Shown here in pieces: positions 43,038-55,025 of a stretch of 64,000 bases of DNA. Within the stretch, counting starts at the first letter, position 1; the number at the start of each line of letters is the position of its first letter. The DNA comes from Macrostomum lignano (taxonomy: Eukaryota). Both the position numbers and the translations under genes were made by a program. The notes under the pieces were generated by a model. The model was not told where the DNA came from and made no database searches. It saw only the letters and a list, made by a program, of their open reading frames with translations. Location: the NCBI GenBank assembly GCA_002269645.1, contig NIVC01000059.1, positions 868,001 through 932,000 on the forward strand, given 5' to 3'.

Positions 43038-44387
43038 AGGGAAAGTTGATATAATTTTGGGTAAATGGCAATAATTTAAGAATGAATATATTCATTAAGG
43101 CTAAATTCCTCATCAACTACAAGGACCACTAGAAGTTACCGTTGTATCAGGACGCAACACTCGTAAATATTGTAAAATTATTTGAAGGCCCGCTTGTTTA
43201 CGTGTATTTATCGGTACTTGCCTTCAAAAAAGCATCTACTCGACTTAAGTCGACTGTTTTAAAGAAGCATACACTACATTTGAGCCTCAGAAGCTTAATA
43301 TAATATGTGTATTTATAGTTTATTTAGGCTGTAATCTAGATATTTTGAGTAATTATATCATTAAATGCAACTCGTTTTAATATTTCCTAAGGTTTTATGC
43401 AGACAGCAGATGCTGCTAGTCATAGTACTGAGAATTAAACAAAGCTTGAGAAAAGGTCAAAGGATCAGAAGGGCTTCTAACTAACTTACTATCAACCAGA
43501 AAGTAATTTAACCAGTAGGTCTATATTATTTTATAACTTATAAGCTTAGCCTTTACACTTTAGCTAGCTATGACAGGCTAGGCCTATCATATGACATTAG
43601 GCCTATAATACTGAAACTCCAACAGCTACTAGGCCTATGCCTAGGCCTACCATGATTATTAGGCCTAGTTATTATTATTATTAATATTATTATTAGGCCT
43701 ATTATTATTATTATTATTACTGAAGACTAGGACTAATTCATGTACTCATGCTTGATGTTAGTATCAGACAAGTTAAATGATAGTTTATTTGTTTTTAATG
43801 TATCCAACCAATAAGATGTTGCTTTAGCTAACTAACCTATGCTTTTTATTCTTTTGTCCTTTTGTAGCAGACATATTTTAGCATATTAAAAGTTGGTTTC
43901 CCACTAGAAACAACAAGGCTAAAGTTTATTATACTGGCTTTTCAATTTCTTTAGGCCTATTTATTTTTGTGTTGAAAACACTATTTTTTCCAATTTTTAT
44001 CAGTGTAATAATATTGTAATGTATTACTGTCTTGAAGACATTTGCAGCACCTATTTTTAATGTCAAATAGCAGCTTTTCAATTGTGTTACAATTTTTTTA
44101 AAGGCCTTTATTTATTAATATTGGTGTTTTTTTAGAAGAAAAAATATTTCTGCTACTTTTTTATTTGTTTTTCTTTTATTACCAGTTTGTGTTCACTTTC
44201 AAATCTGTACGTTAATATAATACACAGTTATTCACTTATAAAAACCCTTTTTGGCTTTCATTTGTTTTTACATAGTTTATGTTTTGGGTCTAATATTTTA
44301 AAATGTAAAGTGAGATAACTGAAATGTTTCAATTTTTTGGTTTATAAATCTAACAATTTCAGTGTACTCACAAAAAATTATCAAACC

Positions 44388-47315
44388 ATGCCCATGAAAT
44401 GTTGCATACCATCTTGTAGAAGTAACTATCGCAATGAAGAGAAGGTAGCTATATTTGGCTTTCCTAAAGATGAGGCTGAGCATTGCCGATGGATTAATGC
44501 ATTGCCATCGTCTATTAAGGTGAATAAAATGACCTTTTAATGAGTTACTTTATTCTTTAAAAGTAAATAATTGAGATCAATATAATTTTTGAATAATTAA
44601 AATGTATAGTAAAAATAATTAACTTTCTAAAGTTTATATATAAATTGTAGAATGTCTCTAAGTTCATGGGCATTTGCCGAAAGCATTGGGAAGATGATGC
44701 CCCCATGGTAAAAGTCAAGCGGTTCACAAGACCTAGGGACCCACCTTCTATTTTTCAATTTGCTAAGAAAAGTGATATGCGCCAAACATATCCAAGTAAG
44801 TTAACAATATGCCCTATCATACAGCATGTTATATAACTTATAGCTCAGGTAAAGTTGGATTGCCTTTTATAATGTGTTGTTGTTTGTAATTCAAAAATAT
44901 TTTTAGAGAAGTCAAGGCAGGCTGTTAAAAGAGGCATTTCCCTGTCACAGCGTGGTCAAGAACCAGATCAAATGCCTGCATTTAACAAAGCCGATCGAAT
45001 CTGTTCGTGGAATGCTTTCCAAGTTGCTGCTTTAGCTCTTCCCTTCTTAGTTGGCTGGCTTGTGCAAGTTTCGGATTCGAATGTTTTGTTCTTGACCATA
45101 TTTGAACGTGCAGTTGAATTCTATATCTGTGTTAATAGTGACTTCACTGTTGAAGCCTATCGACAGAACAGTGTTGTCAAGGTAACTGACCTCCTAGGAT
45201 TTCAATGGAAACTAGAACGCTTTAGTCAACTTGAAGCTATTGTTAATAGGGTCAAACAGGCCCCATTGACAATTAGTGATGAGATCAAGTCTAGTGTGGC
45301 AACCATTCGAAAGTTACCATGTAGCTCCAAGCAACTGTTTCTTCTTCGTCAACTGGAATTGTCCTTATCATCAAATGGGCACTATTATAATTCATCAGAC
45401 ATTTTAACAGCCATGAAGATCTTCCTATCTGGCACTAATGCTTATCGGTCAGCAAGGCACCTTATGACTCTACCGCATGCTACAACTCTAAAGCGTCATC
45501 TTGGTGGTCTTGGTAATGTTGGAACAGACTTAGATTGTAAGACCATTGTGAGGACACATTTTGGCCAACTGACTCCGTCACAGAAGTTGTGTACTGTTAT
45601 TTTTGATGAAGTATACGTTTTACCATCAGCTCGTTTCCGAGGTGGACATACAGTTGGCTATGCTGAGGATGTACCAACACAATTGGCTCGTACTATCCTA
45701 GCCTTAATGATAAAACCATTCATGGGAGCCCAATCATTTGTGGCTAGGCTGATTCCTGTTTATAGTTTAAAACCCAACTTCTTGTTCCAACAAATTGTAA
45801 AACTAATTAGGGTTATTCATCAATGCAATGGGCAGGTTGTAAGTCTTATTTGTGACAATCATTTCATCAACCGTATCTGCTACCAGAAGTTTCAGTTTGA
45901 CAACATGGATGCACCCTGGAAGGCAATTAACCCAGTAGATCAAAGCCTACCTTTGTTTCTATTATATGACACAGTTCATCTATTGAAAAACATTCGCAAT
46001 AATTGGTATACTCAAGGCTCAAAGATTATTGACTTTCAACTTTTACCAGAAGGGCCTATTTGTCAAGCTAATTGGAATGATATTATAGATATTGAGCAGA
46101 AATCACAGCTTCATGTTGTTCGACCTACAACACTTAGTCCACAATCATGCCATCCATCTCCATTGGAACGTCAGAAGGTATCTTTAGTTCTTCAAGTTTT
46201 TAATGAAAAGACAATTGCTGCTCTTCAACTTCATGGGTTTTATGGTACAGCCACTTTTATAGATTTTATCCTTAAGTTTTGGAAAGTGGTTAATGTAAAA
46301 TCAACAACATCTCATATGCAGCTGCATGATGATACACGTAGTCCAATTTTCTCTGAAGAGTCAAGCAATCTTAAGTTACTAAGTATGTTTGCCAAAGTAT
46401 TAGAACGGATGCCTGGAGGTCGAGGACCTGGACGTTTACGATCGCTTACTTCGGAAACTCGCAAGGCTGCTATACAGACATCAAAAGGGCTGGTTGAACT
46501 GAGCAGATATTTACTAAAAGACTGTAAATTTTCCTATGTGTTATTAGGTAAGAATAAGTGTATACCAGTAAGTAGTGAAAGTTGATTTAGATAAAAGTAC
46601 CTTTTCAAAGTAAGTGAGTCATTTAATTTTTATTTATACACATTCTCTAGGTGAGCTTCAATCAGACAGACTTGAAGGAGAATTTTCTATTTACAGACAA
46701 GGACATGGGGGCTGCTATTATATATCAGTTGAGCAGATAATGCTCTCAGCCCGCCTACGAAGAATGCAACTGTATGCAGACCTGCAAATTGATGCACCAT
46801 CTATGAACTGCCAAGCACAAGACAGCTGTTGTACTGGCACAATGTCATTTGAAGAGATTGAGTTAATTGATAATTTGCCAGGCCAAATTGAAGAGGTATA
46901 ACTGGATGAAAGAGTAACTCTGTATTATATCTGCGGCTATATTTCAATGAAGGAGTCCTTAGAAGTGCCTGAAGTATTTCCTGCTCAAACTGTACAAGCA
47001 CCAGATAGTGAGTTTACTAACCTTTTATCTAGAGGAAAATTGCAACATCCTCCTGAATGGCTAATTGTCTATGCATCAATGTGCTACTAACTCTTTGGTA
47101 TGATGTCACTGAAGTGTGCCAGCCATACAATTCGCCTTTTTCTATATACTTTTGAGTCACTTGTTGACTTTGATATTCAAAAGGATCAACTATCATCTAT
47201 TGCTCGCCGGCTTGCAAATACTTTTTTCAAAGGCCTAGTGCGTAAGTCATCAGAGATACCTCGGCATACTTTCAATGCCAATGGACGTAGACTACGTAAA
47301 CTACAACATGAATGA
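44388..47315 (+). pseudogene. THAP/P-element transposase, about 860 codons; exons 44388-44519, 44651-44795, 44907-46547, 46651-47315; in-frame TAA at 46899 and 47088
   Basis: THAP C2CH (CCIPSC...FPK...W...ICRKHW...PPSIF), RNase H DDE candidates FDEV, ICDN and QSDRLEGEF, insertion-domain motif YDTVHLLKNIRNNW, C-terminal LYYICGY / SEF..LLSRGKL.HP / RRLANTFFK read through the two stops in one frame. Confidence 0.88.
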
Positions 47316-47509
47316 TTTGCTACATTCTTTATTATCACACTCTGGCTAGTTGACCAATTGCTGGCATACTCAGATGTATTTCTTGAAGCCCATGAATTTT
47401 TTATATACTTTGGGGATAGCTATAATTTATTGCAAGCTTTTGTATCAATTTAAGTTTGCTTAAGTTAGTTGAGTCTATTAAAAAGTTTGAAAAATTGAAT
47501 TTAAAAGTT

Positions 47510-47930
47510 TGAACAGTTTTGTTCATATTTTTTGAGGCATCTATTTAATTACTTACAGGATAACATTCTACTGTTTGTTAGAAAGTTGTTGACAGTTTTG
47601 TCAAATGTACAGTTTTGCTCATATTTTTGTAGACATCTATTTAATTACTTACAGGCTAACATTCTACTGTTTGTTAGAAAATTGTTGACAGTTTTGTCAA
47701 ATGTACAGTTTTGCTCATATTTTTGTAGGCATCTATTTAATTACTTACAGGATAACATTCTACTGTTTGTTAGAAAGTTGTTGACAGTTTTGTCAAATGT
47801 ACAGTTTTGTTCATATTTTTGTAGACATCTATTTAATTACTTACAGGCTAACATTCTACTGTTTGTTAGAAAATTGTTGACAGTTTTGTCAAATGTACAG
47901 TTTTGTTCATAATTTTGTAGGCATCTATTA
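47510..47930. repeat. 96-bp tandem repeat (about 4.3 units) in the 3' region of the P element
   Basis: Unit spacing 96 nt (47535 to 47631). Confidence 0.93.
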
Positions 47931-50900
47931 CCCTTTACATGCAAAAATTGTTTTTAAAAGTCATTAATAAGTCTGTTGATTATTTTTTTTGTATTCTAGT
48001 TACCTGATTGTTGATTTTATAGCTAAGTGAAGTTAAATGCTTCAAAATTGGTTGAGCTATGCTGTTTAAGTAAATCATTTACCAATACCACTTTAGAACA
48101 AGACACTCATTTTTGCTATACTGAATAGAATTATAGAATTAGATTAGATTTGATTTGGATTAGATTAATTATATCATTTCACTAAGCTGAAGTTATATGT
48201 TCAAAACTGAAGTCAAGGGTAAAGGAGTACTATTTTTTACTATACATTAGAATGACAAATAGGAAAAAAACATTTTAGTCTAAAGACAAATATAGTTTTA
48301 CACAGTGTTATAGACAATGTGTAAACAATGTGTAAGATTTATTTGTTTGTTTAACTAGCATTCCTAGCAACATGGCTTATAGTTTGTTATAGTTTTTTGT
48401 TGTCAATACAGCAATATATTAGAGTATATAAATTCACAATTGAATATACTTTGAAGTCTAAATGTGTTATTCTCTTTCCTTATTTATTAGGCCTAAGACA
48501 ATTCTGTATAGCCGGATGTATACCATTTATAGACTTATCTAAAGCTATTGTTCAAACTATCTTTATACAAGATTGTAAACCTTATCTTGTTTTTCATCAG
48601 TGCAATAAGTAGGTTGTTAGTCTTGTCATTAACAATTATTTTATTAACCATATTGTTTACAAATGTTGCAGATTGACAGTTGAGATGTTTGTTTAGTTTA
48701 ACTACAGTTTCTTATTATCATTACCTTTATATCCATATTCAATGTACTTTAATTTGTTAGTTTGTCAGTTTCATGTTAGTTAAACCAGCTGTGATATTGA
48801 TGGTTTAAGCTTTGTTTCATACATATTAGGTTATAGAGAAAATGTATTCATTTACTCAAAACAAGGCTTATATTTTGTTGTTCATTGCAAAGCAGGTATT
48901 TATTAATCCCAAATTGGTTTCATTTCAGGTATGCCAAATCATCCAATCTAGATGTTCATCCATCAATGTCTGCTGAGCTAACATGGTGAAGTACTGTGAT
49001 TCATTATGCTTTGTGATTTTAAGAGATTTTTTAGACAGAATGACTTGATTGGTATGAAAGTTTAAGTTTAAAATACATTGGCTTATTGTTGCTTTTTGAC
49101 TTTGTTTTCTTATTTCGCATGTATTCTTTATGAAATTATAGGTTTTTATATCGAAATTGAACTTAAATACAAATAAAGTTGTGCTACTGTACAAGTTTTA
49201 TTTGACTCCTACTGTTCATTTGAACAGCAAAAGAAAGATTATGAATGTTGGAGTTCTTGTTGGGCAGGTGTGCCAAGATTTCAAAAATACTGCGCCTTTC
49301 TGATTTTTATAATACTGGTTTTTGATAGTGAAGTGACGCCTTTGCAGCCTACTGAACTCTGTACAGATTATCCGCTTTATAAAGCTTCCAACTACAGAGT
49401 ATGTTGTATGGTCTGCTACTTTATCGAGACTAGGAGGCAATAATTGAAGTTACTGAAACTTTATTCATTTTGTATGCAATGAAATATTGTGTATTGCTGT
49501 TACTTTACTGTACGCCCGCCGCTCCTACATGTAGATATAGCGCCAAACTTTGTTTTATGTTAAAGAGAACAAAATTTCGAGCAACCTGGCGAAAAAATAT
49601 CTTTCAAAGTGCAACCAGTCCGGAGTTATGAGCATTTAAAGTTAAGCTGCAATGCAAACAAGCGGGCCTTCAAATAATTTTGCAATATTTACGAGTGTTG
49701 CGTCCTGATATAACGGTAACTTCTAGTGGTCCTTGATCAACTATTTAGTACTATATCCATATTTTTAGGTGGGCATTTTTTGCAACTTACCTTGGCTAGG
49801 TGCTATGCCTATATAGATTAAACTATTTATTAACTTGTTAAGAACTACCTATTAGTGAATGAGCTATGAGCAGTGATATGCCATTTGCCTTGGACATAGC
49901 CATGAGACTACAACGATAAGCTAATGATAGATTTGTTGATAATTGCACCTCTAAGCTTGCTTAGAATGTCAAGTTCAGGTATTGAAAAACAAGGGGTTTT
50001 CTTTGAGAAGCCACCTAACACTAACATAGTTGCTAGATCTGGTTTAATAATAGTCAATATCTGATTACCAAATAGACAATCATTGACTAGCTTAAAATTT
50101 CCTATATAGGATATCCTACCAAAAAGCAAACTAGGGCACCAAAATGCCAGGCATAGACACCAAAGCACAGATACCAAAAAGCATGGAAACCCCTATAAAT
50201 ACACTAGCATATGCCCTGATTCTTTTTCACTTACTATTTCTTCAATTTAATTCTAAATTATAATTAGTCATTTATTATTTTTGCTATAATAAAACTAGTA
50301 GTTGTATTTTGCTAAACATTAATGAAAAATTATCTATAAAAATGCTAAAAATGACATATTAGAAATGAAAATCCAGTGAAAAGTTTAAAAGTCATGTCAT
50401 CTATAACTTAAAAAATTAGACCTTTTGTTGAGGAAAATGATCATAGTGCCTTTTTTATTAGAGGCGGGAGGTTGTGTGTACCCTGGCACATACATGGCTT
50501 ATTAGGCCCACTATTTAAGAGCAACATGAATGAATGATAATAGTACTAGATTGCAATAAAAAGTAACAATAACACTAACACATTTGGCAATTTGTTATTT
50601 TTAGTTTGACTAGGCCCTATTATTAGGCCTAATATTAGATCTATTTAAGTTTTAACCACTGATATTATATACTTTGCCTTTGGGCAATAAAACATTTAAA
50701 AGTCATAACCTTTGGCTTCAGCTAGGCCCTATTCTTATTAACTTTAAAATTTATCATTTTTTCAAATTTTATTAATAAAGATAAGTTAATTAAAGTTGCA
50801 ACTTGGCAACATTATTTTTCGATGGAGATTGAGCTTCTCCGACTTAATTACCCATGGTCATTGTCGAGGAAGTCCAGATACAACTACAATGCCAATGGCC

Positions 50901-52221
50901 AATGGGCTACTAAATGACATTACATATTACATTAGCCATTATGTTGAAACAGAAACACGAACTATAATTAATATAAAGATTTACAGTACGAGTTTGGTTT
51001 GATTTGCACATTGCAAAAAGGTACATAAAACAACTGAAGTGCATACATCATCAATACCAGCAGAAATTGAAGAAATCAATAATTAGCCCTAGAAACAATA
51101 TTGAGAGGTTCAAAATTTGCGTAAGAATAAGCCTCAAGCAAGTTAAAAAAACGCCCTTATCTTACAAAGCCGAGCAGTGGTAAACAATTCCAACAACCAA
51201 ACAGTTTGTTATTAAATAAAAAAACTTGATTTTTAAGTTTACCAAAGCAATTTTCATTTAAAATTTTGTATTGTTGAAAAGCGTAACGTTTTATTATTAT
51301 TTTTATACTAAACCGATCTTTTTAATTTTGTTAGAACGCTGACGTTTTGGCTTGAGTGTTATAAAGTTGTAGCTTTGTAAAAGCATTTTAAAGATTTTAA
51401 AAGCCTTTGCTTCTAGCTACTCTCTAGCATTATTAATTAAAGAAGTTTATTAACTATAAACTAAGTTAGGTTTTAGATGAATGAGTTTTATGCTTTCATT
51501 GCATTTTGAAATGGCAGTTGCTCAGCCCCCCGGGATTGACGTATCTGGCACGATTTCTTCCGTTGTAAAAATTTGAATTATCTGTTTTCTACGAAATGTT
51601 TAGCACACGGTGATGAAACATTTTTGTATGTCGTACTAAATTCGACCGGCGGAAGATTGGTAGCTTAATAAACTTTCAGTAAGTGTTTGTAGGATTGTGA
51701 ATTAATTTCCAGTTTTCTGCACTTACTGATGATTACGTTCGATTTATACATGCACATTCATGCACGTATACTTAATTAAATGAATGAAATGTATATACAG
51801 TACATATATAGCTGTGCAGGATATCCATTTTTCAATAAAATTTAACTACACGGAGCCAGCTAGTCCCAGATAGACGGAAAATGGATTGCGTACGTGGCAC
51901 TGAGTAATTTAATTATATTTACATTCGTGTGTAAAATTATTAGTGTTAGCATTCTGACAACAAATAATTGCAACTGAATTAATTATATGTAACAAGTAAG
52001 CTGTAACATGTAAATCTTCATACTACCTAAGCATGGCATAAAATAAAAGCTGTTGCTAAAAATAATTTATTTAACACATGCATGCAGATGTACGAGCTAG
52101 CGTAGGCCAAGATTTTAGCCGATTCATAATGGGTTAATTACGGCGCAGGAAATAATTTGTATATATGCAAGTCATAAATTTGCAGCATGTTTGACTTGCA
52201 GATTATTCCAGCTGCACAGCC

Positions 52222-52833
52222 ATGCGAGTTAATCCTGATTCAGTTGAGAATGCGGACAAACAAGTACAGCGGCTGCAGGAGCTCGTGCAGAAGCTTGAGC
52301 AGCAAAACTCTAAAATTCGCACCGAGTCAGCCGCCTATCAGACTTGGAACCGTCGGCCTGGCAGACAGTCGACTGCAGCTGTTCCTGAGAAGTCAAAATT
52401 AAGAGTGCTTTTTAATGATATTGACGAGGATGACGACCTGCAGTGGCTGATTCGCTCGCCCTATAAACAATATGCCGATAGGAGCGCCGAAAGCACGCGT
52501 CAGTGGCTGATCACTGCTGCCCCAAACGACAACAAGGATCAGTCGTCAAAACTTCTGTCTCAACTTCGTCGACCTGGCAGTCACGTGACCGACCAACCCG
52601 TGCTGGATAGAAAAAGTCACGTGAGTACTGCAGGCAGTCGTACCAACCAAATTTCGACTTCAAAGAGAGAAAACATCGTCGGAGCCACCCAATCAAGCCG
52701 TAATTCCACAGAGCAAGTGACTACCTCATCAAATGCAAATGTAGAAGGCAACCAGTCGTCACATGTGGTCAGCATTAGTAGCAGCTTTCAAGGCTACAGG
52801 CATCACAACAGATTTGGCTATCGCTGTAACTGA
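52222..52833 (+). CDS. SLAIN-motif-like protein (N-terminal coiled coil), 203 aa as a single ORF; 3' structure unresolved
   Basis: NADKQVQRLQELVQKLEQQNSKIR resembles the recalled SLAIN1/2 N-terminus ([24 protein letters not shown]); DDDLQWLIRSP...QWL resembles the second SLAIN block. Acceptor ttgcAG at about 52201 and a candidate 5' UTR donor GTAAGT at about 51678. Confidence 0.6.
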   Translation: MRVNPDSVENADKQVQRLQELVQKLEQQNSKIRTESAAYQTWNRRPGRQSTAAVPEKSKLRVLFNDIDEDDDLQWLIRSPYKQYADRSAESTRQWLITAAPNDNKDQSSKLLSQLRRPGSHVTDQPVLDRKSHVSTAGSRTNQISTSKRENIVGATQSSRNSTEQVTTSSNANVEGNQSSHVVSISSSFQGYRHHNRFGYRCN

Positions 52834-53168
52834 AACAGCTTTACGACGTGCTCGGTGTGAGCGTCGCGCCGTATTAGTGCTTTTTAAAGCAACATAACAT
52901 CACAAAAATTACCATTTCCATGAATACATGTACATTCCAAGCAATAAATTAAGCTTCAATGTTTACATATACTCCTACGAGCGTTTGACCTATTGCAATT
53001 TACAAGTCTCGATTGGAGAAGTCCTTTTGCGCATTTTACACTTTATAATCCGTCCGTCATATTCGATCAATTTCTATGTAAGTTAATTAAAATCGACTTT
53101 TTGCGAATTTTTCTGCATATTGTACGCAATCAAGCAATGTCATGTCAGCTAAAATTAGACTCCGGAAT

Positions 53169-55025
53169 CAGGGGCTTTAGCACCAGGGTCGGCAGCACCA
53201 GGGGCGCCAGCACCAGGGGCGCCAGCACCAGGGGCGCCAGCACCAGGGGCGCCAGCACCAGGGGCGCCAGCACCAGGGGCGCCAGCACCAGGGGCGCCAG
53301 CACCAGGGGCGCCAGCACCAGGGGCTTTAGCACCAGGGGCTTTAGCACCAGGGGCGCCAGCACCAGGGGCGCCAGCACCAGGGGCGCCAGCACCAGGGGC
53401 GCCAGCACCAGGGGCTTTAGCACCAGGGGCTTTAGCACCAGGGGCTTTAGCACCAGGGGCTTTAGCACCAGGGGCTTTAGCACCAGGGGCTTTAGCACCA
53501 GGGGCTTTAGCACCAGGGGCGCCAGCACCAGGGGCTTTAGCACCAGGGGCTTTAGCACCAGGAGCTTTAGCACCAGGGGCTTTAGCACCAGGGGCTTTAG
53601 CACCAGGAGCTTTAGCACCAGGGGCGCCAGCACCAGGGGCGCCAGCACCAGGGGCGCCAGCACCAGGGGCGCCAGCACCAGGGGCGCCAGCACCAGGGGC
53701 GCCAGCACCAGGGGCGCCAGCACCAGGGGCGCCAGCACCAGGGGCGCCAGCACCAGGGGCGCCAGCACCAGGGGCGCCAGCACCAGGGGCGCCAGCACCA
53801 GGGGCGCCAGCACCAGGGGCGCCAGCACCAGGGGCGCCAGCACCAGGGGCGCCAGCACCAGGGGCGCCAGCACCAGGGGCGCCAGCACCAGGGGCGCCAG
53901 CACCAGGGGTGCCAGCACCAGGGGCGCCAGCACCAGGGGCGCCAGCACCAGGGGCGCCAGCACCAGGGGCGCCAGCACCAGGGGCGCCAGCACCAGGGGC
54001 GCCAGCACCAGGGGCGCCAGCACCAGGGGCGCCAGCACCAGGGGCGCCAGCACCAGGGGCGCCAGCACCAGGGGCTTTAGCACCAGGGGCTTTAGCACCA
54101 GGGGCTTTAGCACCAGGGGCTTTAGCACCAGGGGCGCCAGCACCAGGGGCGCCAGCACCAGGGGCGCCAGCACCAGGGGCGCCAGCACCAGGGGCTTTAG
54201 CACCAGGGGCTTTAGCACCAGGGGCTTTAGCACCAGGGGCTTTAGCACCAGGGGCTTTAGCACCAGGGGCTTTAGCACCAGGGGCTTTAGCACCAGGGGC
54301 GCCAGCACCAGGGGCTTTAGCACCAGGGGCTTTAGCACCAGGAGCTTTAGCACCAGGGGCTTTAGCACCAGGGGCTTTAGCACCAGGAGCTTTAGCACCA
54401 GGGGCGCCAGCACCAGGGGCGCCAGCACCAGGGGCGCCAGCACCAGGGGCGCCAGCACCAGGGGCGCCAGCACCAGGGGCGCCAGCACCAGGGGCGCCAG
54501 CACCAGGGGCGCCAGCACCAGGGGCGCCAGCACCAGGGGCGCCAGCACCAGGGGCGCCAGCACCAGGGGCGCCAGCACCAGGGGCGCCAGCACCAGGGGC
54601 GCCAGCACCAGGGGCGCCAGCACCAGGGGCGCCAGCACCAGGGGCGCCAGCACCAGGGGCGCCAGCACCAGGGGCGCCAGCACCAGGGGTGCCAGCACCA
54701 GGGGCGCCAGCACCAGGGGCGCCAGCACCAGGGGCGCCAGCACCAGGGGCGCCAGCACCAGGGGCGCCAGCACCAGGGGCGCCAGCACCAGGGGCGCCAG
54801 CACCAGGGGCGCCAGCACCAGGGGCGCCAGCACCAGGGGCGCCAGCACCAGGGGCGCCAGCACCAGGGGCGCCAGCACCAGGAGCGCCAGCACCAGGGGC
54901 GCCAGCACCAGGGGCGCCAGCACCAGGGGCGCCAGCACCAGGGGCGCCAGCACCAGGGGCGCCAGCACCAGGGGCGCCAGCACCAGGGGCGCCAGCACCA
55001 GGGGCGCCAGCACCAGGGGCGCCAG
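53169..55025. repeat. GC-rich 15-bp minisatellite (gcaccaggggcgcca / gcaccaggggcttta), about 124 units, with a 780-bp higher-order duplication
   Basis: Rare variant units recur exactly 780 nt apart (53561/54341; 53910/54690). Confidence 0.97.

Larger units (their letters stand above)
43120..49735 (+). mobile_element. Full-length P-superfamily DNA transposon, 6616 bp
   Basis: 80-bp TIRs (43120-43199 and 49656-49735, 78/80 identical, starting CAAGGACC), perfect 8-bp TSD ATCAACTA (43112-43119, 49736-49743), THAP-domain P-type transposase inside. Confidence 0.95.

Noticed and set aside
46899-47090. Two in-frame TAA codons as evidence of stop-codon reassignment or readthrough
   Set aside because: TAA terminates SSRP1 normally in the same window; simple nonsense mutation in a transposon is sufficient.
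48925-49440. Possible second gene in the 3' half of the P element
   Set aside because: Short AT-rich ORFs on either strand with no recognisable motif or consistent splice structure.
53169-55025. Resemblance of CACCAGGGGCGCC to the CTCF motif CCACCAGGGGGCGC
   Set aside because: It is one G short, which shifts the register of the 3' half, and CTCF is reported absent from flatworms.
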